Assembly (NCBI GenBank): GCA_963831855.1
Contig: CAWHSA010000002.1
Coordinates: 635,656 to 699,655 of the forward strand
Direction: 5' to 3'
DNA from: an uncultured Bacteroidales bacterium
Lineage (GTDB): Bacteria > Bacteroidota > Bacteroidia > Bacteroidales > VadinHA17
Length of the DNA: 64,000 nucleotides
A model generated the notes under the pieces. That model saw nothing but the letters and a program-made list of their open reading frames with translations, was not told where the DNA came from and did not search any database. The translations under genes and the position numbers were made by a program. Below, in pieces: positions 18,458 to 27,177 of the stretch (position 1 is the stretch's first letter; each line of letters starts with the position of its first letter).

Positions 18458-19180
18458 ATGAAGAAGCATATCCCCAACCTCATTACTTCCCTTAACCTTG
18501 CAGCCGGATTTATTTCAGTTATATATGCTTTAAGCGGGAATTTGCTTACCGCATCATGGCTTATACTTACCGCTATGGTTTTCGATTTTCTTGACGGATT
18601 TTCTGCCAGATCCCTTAAAGCCTACTCGGATATAGGCAAAGAACTTGATTCACTTGCTGATGTGGTAAGTTTTGGAGTTGCCCCGGCAGTGATAATATAC
18701 CAGCTCCTGGGCATATCACTTTCACTTGACAGCCCTGCCATACTGAATACAATAAATCCATTGCAGCGGCTCATATTGTGCTCGCCAGTTATAATGGCCG
18801 TATGTGCCGGATTGCGCCTTGCCATATTCAATACTGATGAGACCCAGATGACTTCCTTCAGAGGATTACCGACACCGGCTAACGCACTCGCCGTTATTTC
18901 CATTGTAATCGCACATCATTATTCCGACAACAGGTTATTATCCTTTATTTCCGGATCTGCTCCTGCGATAATTGTCTTTATGGCAACCGTTTCCATTCTT
19001 ATGGTTACAAGGATCCCGCTTCTATCGCTGAAATTCAGGAATGTGAGGCTGAAAGGAAACGAAGGAAGATATCTGCTTGTGATCCTGGCTGTTATATTCC
19101 TTGCGATTTTCGGAATCGGTGCAGTAACATTGCTTATACCGCTTTATATTGTTTCATCCCTTATCTCACTTGCGTTCTGA
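18458..19180 (+). CDS. pssA: CDP-diacylglycerol--serine O-phosphatidyltransferase (CDP-alcohol phosphatidyltransferase family)
   Basis: Motif DFLDGFSARSLKAYSDIGKELDSLADVVSFGVAP = D(x2)DG(x2)AR(x8)G(x3)D(x3)D, and multiple TM helices. Start taken at MKKHIPNLITS (18458) rather than the track start at 18308. Confidence 0.85.
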   Translation: MKKHIPNLITSLNLAAGFISVIYALSGNLLTASWLILTAMVFDFLDGFSARSLKAYSDIGKELDSLADVVSFGVAPAVIIYQLLGISLSLDSPAILNTINPLQRLILCSPVIMAVCAGLRLAIFNTDETQMTSFRGLPTPANALAVISIVIAHHYSDNRLLSFISGSAPAIIVFMATVSILMVTRIPLLSLKFRNVRLKGNEGRYLLVILAVIFLAIFGIGAVTLLIPLYIVSSLISLAF

Positions 19181-19209
19181 AAAGGTCTGAATACCATATC
19201 TTTTACAAT

Positions 19210-19338
19210 TTATTCTGTCCGGTCTTCCTCCCCCGGAAACTTCTTCTCAAACCATCTGAGTGTAAACCAGACAGCCAGCCAGCTCACCAGTATCATTGCC
19301 GGCCATAAAAGAAAGTGTATTATCTGTGAAGTATACAT
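19210..19338 (-). CDS. Unannotated 42-aa single-TM ORF after cydB (CydX-like candidate)
   Basis: Own translation of the minus strand gives MYTSQIIHFLLWPAMILVSWLAVWFTLRWFEKKFPGEEDRTE*. It starts 23 nt after the cydB stop on the same strand, has one hydrophobic helix and a charged tail, and is below the ORF-track size cut-off. Confidence 0.45.
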   Translation of the reverse strand: MYTSQIIHFLLWPAMILVSWLAVWFTLRWFEKKFPGEEDRTE

Positions 19339-19361
19339 GATTGCATATCTTTTTTTGACCT

Positions 19362-20492
19362 TTAATATAAATGCCCCTCTCCTTTCAACTCCTCAGCAGT
19401 AATCTGCTTTCGGTTTATCGCTCTCCAGGTATACCAGATATATGCTGCAACAAATGGGATGATGAAAGAAACATACATCATAACCTTAAGAGTAAAAAAG
19501 CTTGATGAGGCATTCCTTACAGTAAGTGAACTTCCCGGATCGCTGATGGAGGGGTAAAAACTGGTCAGGTTAAATCCGGCAATTATAAATAATGCAAATA
19601 CGGTGAGAATTGTCCCGGTACCGCTGAACCAGATCCCTTTACGGCTTCCCTTCCATAATGTTATGACAATGCTGTAAAGAACCCCTGTAACCCCGGCCAG
19701 GAAGAACAGCAGAATAGCCGGCATGGTGATTAAATTATTGAGGTACTTATATTTTTCCGGTACAATCTGGCCAGTCTCCATATTTAAAGCAAATCCGGGA
19801 GACAAAAGCAGTGTTATTATGAAAAAAAGGAAGAAAACGAGAAAAGAGACTGAATTAATCGTCAGCTTCGTTAAGGACCTGTTCAGAAGGTCCTCATCAT
19901 CAACTGAATTTATAATGTACATTAAACCATTGGTTCTTGCCAGGAACAGCACTGCAAGGCCCAGTGCAACATTTCTGCCATTAATAAGGGCTTCCAGGCC
20001 GTGCCAGGGTGTTGCCCATTGGACCTTGTTCATAAGATCGATACTGAAGGATGATCCGGTGAAAAAAGTAGCCACGGCTGTTCCGAGAAGAAAAGGTCCA
20101 AGTGATCCGTTCAGGAAAAGGAAAATATCAAATGTCTTTTTCCCCAGCATGTTTGACGGCTTCGACCTGTATTCGTAGGAGATCGCCTGTATTATAAAAC
20201 TGAATAAAATTGCCATCCAAACCCAGTATGCTCCCCCGAAGCTCGTGGAATAAAATAAAGGAAATGATGCAAAAAATGCTCCTCCAAAAGTCACAAGAGT
20301 GGTAAAAGTAAATTCCCATTTTCTTCCTAAAGCATTAACTATCATTGATTTCTGGGTGTCATTGACCGGCAGGGAGAATATCATGGATTGTCCGCCCTGG
20401 ACAAAGAGGAGAAATACCAGCAGAGATGCAAGGAGGGATATAATTACCCACCAGTAATGCTGTAAAAACAGATATGATATCATTGTTGTCAT
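19362..20492 (-). CDS. cydB: Cytochrome bd ubiquinol/menaquinol oxidase subunit II
   Basis: 376-aa polytopic membrane protein 12 bp downstream of cydA, with typical CydB length and hydrophobicity pattern. Confidence 0.9.
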   Translation of the reverse strand: MTTMISYLFLQHYWWVIISLLASLLVFLLFVQGGQSMIFSLPVNDTQKSMIVNALGRKWEFTFTTLVTFGGAFFASFPLFYSTSFGGAYWVWMAILFSFIIQAISYEYRSKPSNMLGKKTFDIFLFLNGSLGPFLLGTAVATFFTGSSFSIDLMNKVQWATPWHGLEALINGRNVALGLAVLFLARTNGLMYIINSVDDEDLLNRSLTKLTINSVSFLVFFLFFIITLLLSPGFALNMETGQIVPEKYKYLNNLITMPAILLFFLAGVTGVLYSIVITLWKGSRKGIWFSGTGTILTVFALFIIAGFNLTSFYPSISDPGSSLTVRNASSSFFTLKVMMYVSFIIPFVAAYIWYTWRAINRKQITAEELKGEGHLY

Positions 20493-20504
20493 AATTTTCT
20501 GCTT

Positions 20505-22091
20505 CTATTTCGGACCAGTTCTGATCTGCTTTAACATTATAGATACTTCTGCAATAAAAAGGGCGGTAAACAGAATCGCGAAAAGAATAAAGGTGGTTAT
20601 AACTGCTCCTGTTCCTAACCTTGAAACACCAACAGAAACAGGCATAAGATCCTGAATTATCCAGGGCTGGCGTCCCATCTCGGCAAGGACCCAGCCAAGC
20701 TCGCTTGTGATGTAAACCAGAGGTACCGAAAGTATCATAACCCGGAGGAACCACCTGTTTTTCGATAGTTTATCTTTTAACAGGAATATCACGCTCAGGA
20801 TACAGACAAGTGTCAGAAAGAATCCAAACAGGACCATGAGGTGAAACGAATAAAATGAGATGCTGACATTAGGAATGGCATCTTCCGGTGAATCAAGAAA
20901 GGCATAACCAAAATACCTGAATTGCTCATTAATAAAAACCGGGTCATTGAAAAGACGTTTAATTTTTTCAATCTGCTCTTTATCGTTAGTCTGCTTAGCC
21001 CTCTTAAAATCTGAAAGAACATCTCTGGCAAACCGGCCTCTTTCCATTTTCTGAACTACCGATAATGTGCTGGTCCGGTCAGGATCTCCATTTACCAGGT
21101 CCTCTATCCCTGAGACGAATGCAAAACGGTGGCCACCTGCAAGAATGGAAAGGAACCGCGGCACTTTTATCCTGAAAACGAAATCCTTTATTTTATGATC
21201 GCCAATTGTTCTGCCGCTGTTTTTCAGTATTCCGAAGGCTGTCAGTTCCGCATCAGTTTTACCGACATAATGAACTTCAAAAGCTGCAAATTTCAGAGGC
21301 TGGACCGTTGCCATCCTTCTGGCGGAACCATCGCCGGTGTAAATAACCATGAGTGAAGCTACCAGCCCGAATATTGAGGATATCAGAATGCTCCTTTTAG
21401 CAAGCCACTCTTCCCTTTTCTTAATCATAAACCAGGCACTTACGCCCATCACAAATACTGATGCAAGTAAAAATCCCGAAGAGATAGTGTGAAGGAATTT
21501 TTCAACGGCCACCGGGTTAAAAAGAACAGCCAGGAAATTGACCATCTCATTCCTGGCGGTTTCAGGATTGAAAGTCATACCGACCGGATTTTGCATCCAG
21601 GCATTTGCAACAAGTATCCATAAGGCTGACAGGCTTGCACCTATTGCAACCAGCCATGTAGAAGCCAGGTGGAACTTTCTGCTTACCTTATTCCATCCGA
21701 AGAACATCACCGCGACAAATGTCGATTCAAGGAAAAAAGCCAGAATACCTTCGATGGCAAGAGGGGCGCCGAAAATATCCCCGACGAACCAGGAATAGGC
21801 TGACCAGTTTGTTCCAAACTCAAATTCAAGTATTATACCGGTTGCAATTCCAATGGCAAAATTAATTCCAAAAAGGGTCATCCAGAATTTAGTGAGCCTC
21901 TTCCATTCCTCTTTCCCTGTTCTGACATATATAGTCTCCATCATTGCTATCACGAATGAGAGGCCAAGAGTAAGAGGTACAAAGATCCAGTGGTAGATTG
22001 CAGTCAGGGCAAACTGCGCCCTTGACCAGTCTACAAGGGACATGCCTGCATTTTCAATCATCGTGTTGGTCAGTATTTGTAAGTTGTTCAA
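20505..22091 (-). CDS. cydA: Cytochrome bd oxidase subunit I
   Basis: N-terminal ..SRAQFALTAIYHWIFVPLTLGL.., Q-loop region, and the C-terminal GWVLAEMGRQPWIIQDLM motif typical of CydA. Confidence 0.95.
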   Translation of the reverse strand: MNNLQILTNTMIENAGMSLVDWSRAQFALTAIYHWIFVPLTLGLSFVIAMMETIYVRTGKEEWKRLTKFWMTLFGINFAIGIATGIILEFEFGTNWSAYSWFVGDIFGAPLAIEGILAFFLESTFVAVMFFGWNKVSRKFHLASTWLVAIGASLSALWILVANAWMQNPVGMTFNPETARNEMVNFLAVLFNPVAVEKFLHTISSGFLLASVFVMGVSAWFMIKKREEWLAKRSILISSIFGLVASLMVIYTGDGSARRMATVQPLKFAAFEVHYVGKTDAELTAFGILKNSGRTIGDHKIKDFVFRIKVPRFLSILAGGHRFAFVSGIEDLVNGDPDRTSTLSVVQKMERGRFARDVLSDFKRAKQTNDKEQIEKIKRLFNDPVFINEQFRYFGYAFLDSPEDAIPNVSISFYSFHLMVLFGFFLTLVCILSVIFLLKDKLSKNRWFLRVMILSVPLVYITSELGWVLAEMGRQPWIIQDLMPVSVGVSRLGTGAVITTFILFAILFTALFIAEVSIMLKQIRTGPK

Positions 22092-22314
22092 TCAGATATT
22101 CACTTCTTTGTATGTCGGTGGCGTAGTTCTTCTTCAGGAAATCAGGGAAGAAAAAGAGCTTCAGAACAATCAAGATCACGAACAGCTTAATAATAATTAT
22201 TATCCAGACTTTCCTGCCCCATAAGGGCATATTCCTGAATCCGTCCAAATAAAAATATAATACTTTTCCTCCAAAAGACAATTTAGATTTCATTATATGC
22301 GGGAAATTTGACAC
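22054..22314 (-). CDS. DUF4492-like small membrane protein preceding cydA
   Basis: 86-aa ORF with one TM helix (VWIIIIIKLFVILIVLKLFFF). It overlaps the cydA start by 38 bp, a position typical of DUF4492 in Bacteroidota cyd operons. Confidence 0.55.
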   Translation of the reverse strand: MSNFPHIMKSKLSFGGKVLYFYLDGFRNMPLWGRKVWIIIIIKLFVILIVLKLFFFPDFLKKNYATDIQRSEYLIEQLTNTDQHDD

Positions 22315-22356
22315 AAGATATTAATGACCTGATCAGCAAGATAATGGCTAAAATTA

Positions 22357-23550
22357 TTATTTGGACTTCCTGGTTTTTTTGATTTTAATTCCAGCAGCGG
22401 CATCTTCATCATTTGATGCAGCAATGGCTGTCCCCAGATTTTCCGTGGAAAGCCCGGAAGTAATCTTCTGGACCGCTTTAAAATTGTAGAAAAACTCCCT
22501 GGCAAAAACCCTGATTACAGTATAAGTCGGGATACCCAGGATCATCCCGGGGATCCCAGCTGCAAATCCGGCAGCCAGAACAACTATAAAAATTTCAAGA
22601 GGATGAGCCCTTACACTGTTTGAAAAAATAACCGGCTGAAACAGGACATTGTCAATTGTGTGTGTTATGGCCTCAACGATTATCATGTAGAAAACAAGCG
22701 GTACAACAACTGTTTCAAAATCCATATTAATATGTGATGCAACGCCCATAATAACCGCAATGAAGAGTCCCAGCCATGGACCAACATAAGGTATCACATT
22801 TAATATTCCCAGGAGAAGTCCCATAACCAGCGCCTGCTGAAATTCGATCCCGGCAATGGTCATACCTATATCAATCAGGATCATGATACAGGTACTCTGT
22901 ATCATGATGCCGATAAAATACCGGGTAAGAAGTTTCTTTATTGAATAGAGCGCCCTGGATACATTTTCAGTATACTTGTCGGGAATCCACATCAGGATGG
23001 ACTCAAAAAACAAATGCTGATCTTTAAGGAAGAAAAAAGTGATGAAGGATATCGAAAAGATTGCCACCAGGAGGTTTCCCAGTGTTCCTATCACAGATCC
23101 CAGGAAATTTTGTATCATATTGATATTCAATACCTCAGATACTTTTTTTGTAAAATATGCCTGAAGTGACAAGTCATTCCCGAAATCCTTATTCAAAGCC
23201 CTGAAAAGATTCTCAATATTGGTCAATGGCTTTTCTACAATCTGGACAATCTTTTCACTTGGTATTGCAGAGAAATAATTTATCTGTTTGGTTACAAGCG
23301 GAATGAAAGTCACAAAAAACAGGACTATGGCACCCCAGATAATCAGAAGCGTAAAAAGCGCACCCAGAGAGCGGGGCAAGGTCCAGTTTTTAATCTTTAT
23401 CCTGCAGAAAAGATCCACAAGAGGACGCCCCATTATTGAGAGTACCCCCGAAACAAGAATATAAACCACAATGCTCCGGAAGTACCAGACACCTACAAGA
23501 AGAAGGGCAACGCCAAGAATAATCAGAACGCTCCTTAATGAGGTTTTCAT
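22357..23550 (-). CDS. AI-2E family transporter (PerM/UPF0118)
   Basis: 397 aa with about 8 TM helices and the conserved late segment NVIPYVGPWLG... Confidence 0.8.
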   Translation of the reverse strand: MKTSLRSVLIILGVALLLVGVWYFRSIVVYILVSGVLSIMGRPLVDLFCRIKIKNWTLPRSLGALFTLLIIWGAIVLFFVTFIPLVTKQINYFSAIPSEKIVQIVEKPLTNIENLFRALNKDFGNDLSLQAYFTKKVSEVLNINMIQNFLGSVIGTLGNLLVAIFSISFITFFFLKDQHLFFESILMWIPDKYTENVSRALYSIKKLLTRYFIGIMIQSTCIMILIDIGMTIAGIEFQQALVMGLLLGILNVIPYVGPWLGLFIAVIMGVASHINMDFETVVVPLVFYMIIVEAITHTIDNVLFQPVIFSNSVRAHPLEIFIVVLAAGFAAGIPGMILGIPTYTVIRVFAREFFYNFKAVQKITSGLSTENLGTAIAASNDEDAAAGIKIKKTRKSK

Positions 23551-23886
23551 GTCCGTTTTGTTTCTTATTTACAAACCTACTTTAAATTTTCGAAATTCCC
23601 CAATTACAGTAATAACATATAATATTAAACAAAAACAACCTTCGGGGCCAACCGCGTGTGATAATAAAAACAGAAAATCAAGGGCGATGCTTTGCAATGC
23701 TGAGAGGTGTAAAGACGGGGGTGAATTTATATAATTCCACTACATAATTCCACATATATTAACTATACTACACTGCCATATTGTCTTGTGAATTTTGAAC
23801 AAATCGGCCATTATGTCACGTAATTGATTTTGGAACAGAAATTGACATTACAGAATTGAAAAACTCAAAAATTTTTAACTAAAATA

Positions 23887-24324
23887 ATGGAGGACAAAGC
23901 TATGTTACCAATGATTACAAGAAGAACTATCAGCCCGTTTCTGTCGAATTTCTTTGACGATGATTTTTTCCCGGTGCTGTCCGGCGGAACAAATTCGTTA
24001 CCGGCAGTAAACATTAAAGAAGATGAAAAGACCTATACTCTTGAACTTGCTGTTCCGGGAATGGATAAGAAAGATATGAAGATTGACATCAATGAAGATG
24101 TCCTGACAGTATCGTCTGAGACAAAGAATGAGAGTGAAACTGAAAAGGATGGTTACAAAAGAAAAGAATTCAGCTATTCCTCATTTGTAAGGAGCTTTTA
24201 CGTTCCTGAAAATGTCAACAGGGAAAAAATAGGTGCTTCCTACAAGGATGGGATACTGAGTGTTGAGCTTCCCAAGATGGAAGAAGAAAAGAACAGGATC
24301 AGCAAACAGATAAAGATCTCATAA
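23887..24324 (+). CDS. Hsp20/alpha-crystallin small heat-shock protein
   Basis: Alpha-crystallin domain PAVNIKEDEKTYTLELAVPGMDKKDMKIDINEDVLTVS...F.RSF.VPENV....I.ASYKDGILSVELPK. Confidence 0.92.
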   Translation: MEDKAMLPMITRRTISPFLSNFFDDDFFPVLSGGTNSLPAVNIKEDEKTYTLELAVPGMDKKDMKIDINEDVLTVSSETKNESETEKDGYKRKEFSYSSFVRSFYVPENVNREKIGASYKDGILSVELPKMEEEKNRISKQIKIS

Positions 24325-24347
24325 TCAGATTCTATTACTGATCATTG

Positions 24348-24386
24348 AAAGAAGGAGGGTGTCTCAAAAGGCACCTCCTTCTTTTT
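24348..24386. terminator. Bidirectional terminator hairpin between hsp20 and the flavodiiron gene
   Basis: AAAGAAGGAGGGTG-TCTCAAAAG-GCACCTCCTTCTTTTT forms a 12-bp stem with one bulge, an A-run on the left and a T-run on the right. The right arm encodes the last residues of the minus-strand gene. Confidence 0.7.
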
Positions 24387-25614
24387 GTGCACATTCCTGT
24401 TCAAATTTTAATGCGAATGTCCTTCCGTATTCCCTGAGGGCATCAACTTTTGATCCCGAGGGCAGGAATTTGAACGATGCCGTTTCTTCCACCACTTTCA
24501 GTTTCAGGTTCCGCAGGGTATCAAGAATGATCTTCGGGGCTTCCCCGCTCCAGCCATATGATCCGAACACACCTGCCAGCTTGCCTTTATCCCTTATCGG
24601 ATTAATTACCGCAAATAATTTGTAAACCTGTAAAAGTGTATTCTGATTTATGGTTGGCGAACCGACAAGGATCGCATCATTTGAGATAACCAGATTCTCA
24701 AGTTCCCGGAGATCTATATTTTCAATATCTGCAATGTCAATTTTAAAATCAGCAATTTCCCGGATACCGGAAGCTATCTGCCCGGCTGCCATTCCTGTAT
24801 ATCCATAGGCTGAAACGTATACTATAAGTATGTGCCTCCTGGCTTTATTGGTTACAGTATCAATGTAATCATTTGAATATTTTTCAGTCAGACTGACAAT
24901 TTTTTCACGGTTATCACTTAAGATCGGACCATGCCCCGGACATATACAGGATATTTCAAGCGGCCTGATCTTTTCAATAGCCTTTATCATAAACCTGCTG
25001 AAGGGTCTGAGGATAACATCAAAATAATATTTGAATGAATCAAGGTACTCATCAGTCAGCGTATCCTTCATTTCATAGCTGCAATAGTGAGCTCCGAATG
25101 AGTCGCAGGTAAAGAGTATCCTGTCCTGTTCAAGATATGTATAGATGGAATCGGGCCAGTGCAGGTTTGGAGCTGCAATGAACCGGAGGGTCTTATTTCC
25201 CAGATCGAGAGTATCTCCATCTTTGACCACCAGGGATTTGAACGGAACATTAACAATATCGCTGAGGTATCTTATTGCATTTCCGCTTCCCACCACAGTG
25301 GCCGAAGGAGCTATCCCGAGGATTTTTTTCAGGCTGCCTGAATGATCCGGTTCCGTATGATCAAGTATAATATAGCTGATCTCTCCCGGGTCGGTTACCG
25401 ATCCAAGCTTACTGATATATTTGTCGGTGAATTTTTCCTTGGCTACTTCGATAAGCGCCTTTTTATCTGCATTTATAAAGTAAGAATTGTATGTAGTTCC
25501 GTTCTTCGTTGACATTACAATATCAAATGTTCTGATATCATAATCCAGAATACCAATCCATTTGACATCACCGGTAACATCTATAATCCTGTCGTCAATT
25601 TTATCCATTTCCAA
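24364..25614 (-). CDS. FprA-family A-type flavoprotein (flavodiiron protein, O2/NO reductase)
   Basis: Metallo-beta-lactamase-like di-iron domain with ILDHTEPDHSGS (HxExDH), plus a C-terminal flavodoxin-like domain (ILIVYVSAYGYTG...GSPTINQN). Confidence 0.88.
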   Translation of the reverse strand: MEMDKIDDRIIDVTGDVKWIGILDYDIRTFDIVMSTKNGTTYNSYFINADKKALIEVAKEKFTDKYISKLGSVTDPGEISYIILDHTEPDHSGSLKKILGIAPSATVVGSGNAIRYLSDIVNVPFKSLVVKDGDTLDLGNKTLRFIAAPNLHWPDSIYTYLEQDRILFTCDSFGAHYCSYEMKDTLTDEYLDSFKYYFDVILRPFSRFMIKAIEKIRPLEISCICPGHGPILSDNREKIVSLTEKYSNDYIDTVTNKARRHILIVYVSAYGYTGMAAGQIASGIREIADFKIDIADIENIDLRELENLVISNDAILVGSPTINQNTLLQVYKLFAVINPIRDKGKLAGVFGSYGWSGEAPKIILDTLRNLKLKVVEETASFKFLPSGSKVDALREYGRTFALKFEQECAQKEGGAF

Positions 25615-25620
25615 TAATAG

Positions 25621-26283
25621 TCAAAGTTTTGCAATAATACTTTTGTTTGCCTTTACCTGCTGAAGGATAGGTACCTCAACCTCGGTCCCGACAGGCAGAA
25701 AAATATCTACCCTGGATCCGAATTTTATAAAGCCCAGCTCATCTCCCTGGTTAACTTCCTGGTTTACTTTAGCATACGTCACAATTCTCCTGGCTACGGC
25801 CCCTGCTATCTGCCTGACGAGTATCTCTATTCCTGACCTTGTTTCTATGACTACGGAGCTCCTTTCATTAAGTTCGGATGATTTTGGGTGCCAGGCGACC
25901 ATATAATTGCCCGGATGATAACCCACATATTTTATCCGGCCGGAAACCGGATACCTGTTACTGTGCATGTTGAAGGGCGACATGAAAATAGAGACCTGGA
26001 GACGCTGATCCTTAAAATATTCCTTTTCTTCCGCCTCTTCAATGACCACCACCTTGCCATCAGCAGGTGCATAAATGAGATCGGGATCCGGATCAAGCTG
26101 CCGTGCAGGGAGCCTGAAGAAAAAGAGAAGAAAGATGTAAAGCACAAATGAGCCGATACCGAATATCCATTTGAATAACATCCTGTCGGCGACGAAAATG
26201 CCAAGAACTATATTAACAAGTACCAGGCTGATGAAACCAAATGCTAATATCTTGTATCCTTCCTTGTGAATATGAATGGTCAT
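25621..26283 (-). CDS. psd: Phosphatidylserine decarboxylase proenzyme
   Basis: 220-aa short-type Psd with N-terminal TM helices and the self-cleavage region GFIKFGSRVDIF. Confidence 0.88.
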   Translation of the reverse strand: MTIHIHKEGYKILAFGFISLVLVNIVLGIFVADRMLFKWIFGIGSFVLYIFLLFFFRLPARQLDPDPDLIYAPADGKVVVIEEAEEKEYFKDQRLQVSIFMSPFNMHSNRYPVSGRIKYVGYHPGNYMVAWHPKSSELNERSSVVIETRSGIEILVRQIAGAVARRIVTYAKVNQEVNQGDELGFIKFGSRVDIFLPVGTEVEVPILQQVKANKSIIAKL

Positions 26284-26322
26284 GCTTTATAAATTTGCAC
26301 AAAACTAATCATGTCCGGTTAA

Positions 26323-27165
26323 TCATCCAAAAAGTAAAATAAACAGGAACACCAGGGGAAATGAGATGACCGCACTGTCAAAACGATCAAGAAAGCCACC
26401 GTGGCCGGGCATTATTGTGCCTGAATCTTTTACACCAATGCTTCTTTTAAGCATCGATTCAACAAGGTCACCGTAAGTTCCTGAAATTGAGATAATAACT
26501 GATACTATCATCCATCCCGTCCTGTCAATTACCCCAAGCCAGCCGGAAAGAAGCCATGAAGTTATCAGGGCAAGTCCGGCTCCTCCGAAAAAGCCCTCCC
26601 AAGATTTCTTCGGCGAGATCCTTTCCATAAGCCGGTGCCTGCCAAAAGCAGTTCCTGCAAGGTATGCTCCTGAGTCATTTATCCATATAAGAATAAAAAA
26701 TCCTATTAAAATGCCCGGCGAAAAAATGATCTTGCCGTCAGGTAAAAGCGAATTCAGTCCTTCATGTGAATACGATGCAAAGGGGAACATCGAAACAGGG
26801 ACTGCAATATAAATAATGGCAAAAACCGTCTGGGCAAGTGAATCAAATGGTCTCTCCTCCTTCCTGTAAAGTTCGGTTATCATTATTGCAAGTACCATGG
26901 GTACCAGGATAAGAAAATACTTCATTTCCAGGAGTCCTGCAGCTACAAGTGTAGCTATAATATAAGCAGTGATTCCAGTGATCATCCCGGGCACCATCTG
27001 TGGTCTCACTCCCGAGTCCCTCATCATGAGATAATATTCGTACTGCATCCCGGCCAGTATAATGAATCCGGTCAGAAAGAAAGAAACCGGGTGAAGCCAT
27101 AATCCTCCCAATATGAAAATGACAATCCACACCCCGGTTAAAGTCCGTCTGAAAAAATTATTCAA
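26323..27165 (-). CDS. cdsA: Phosphatidate cytidylyltransferase
   Basis: CTP-transferase signature SMLKRSIGVKDSGTIMPGHGGFLDRFDS in a polytopic membrane protein. Confidence 0.92.
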   Translation of the reverse strand: MNNFFRRTLTGVWIVIFILGGLWLHPVSFFLTGFIILAGMQYEYYLMMRDSGVRPQMVPGMITGITAYIIATLVAAGLLEMKYFLILVPMVLAIMITELYRKEERPFDSLAQTVFAIIYIAVPVSMFPFASYSHEGLNSLLPDGKIIFSPGILIGFFILIWINDSGAYLAGTAFGRHRLMERISPKKSWEGFFGGAGLALITSWLLSGWLGVIDRTGWMIVSVIISISGTYGDLVESMLKRSIGVKDSGTIMPGHGGFLDRFDSAVISFPLVFLFILLFG

Positions 27166-27177
27166 CCTTTAATGGAT

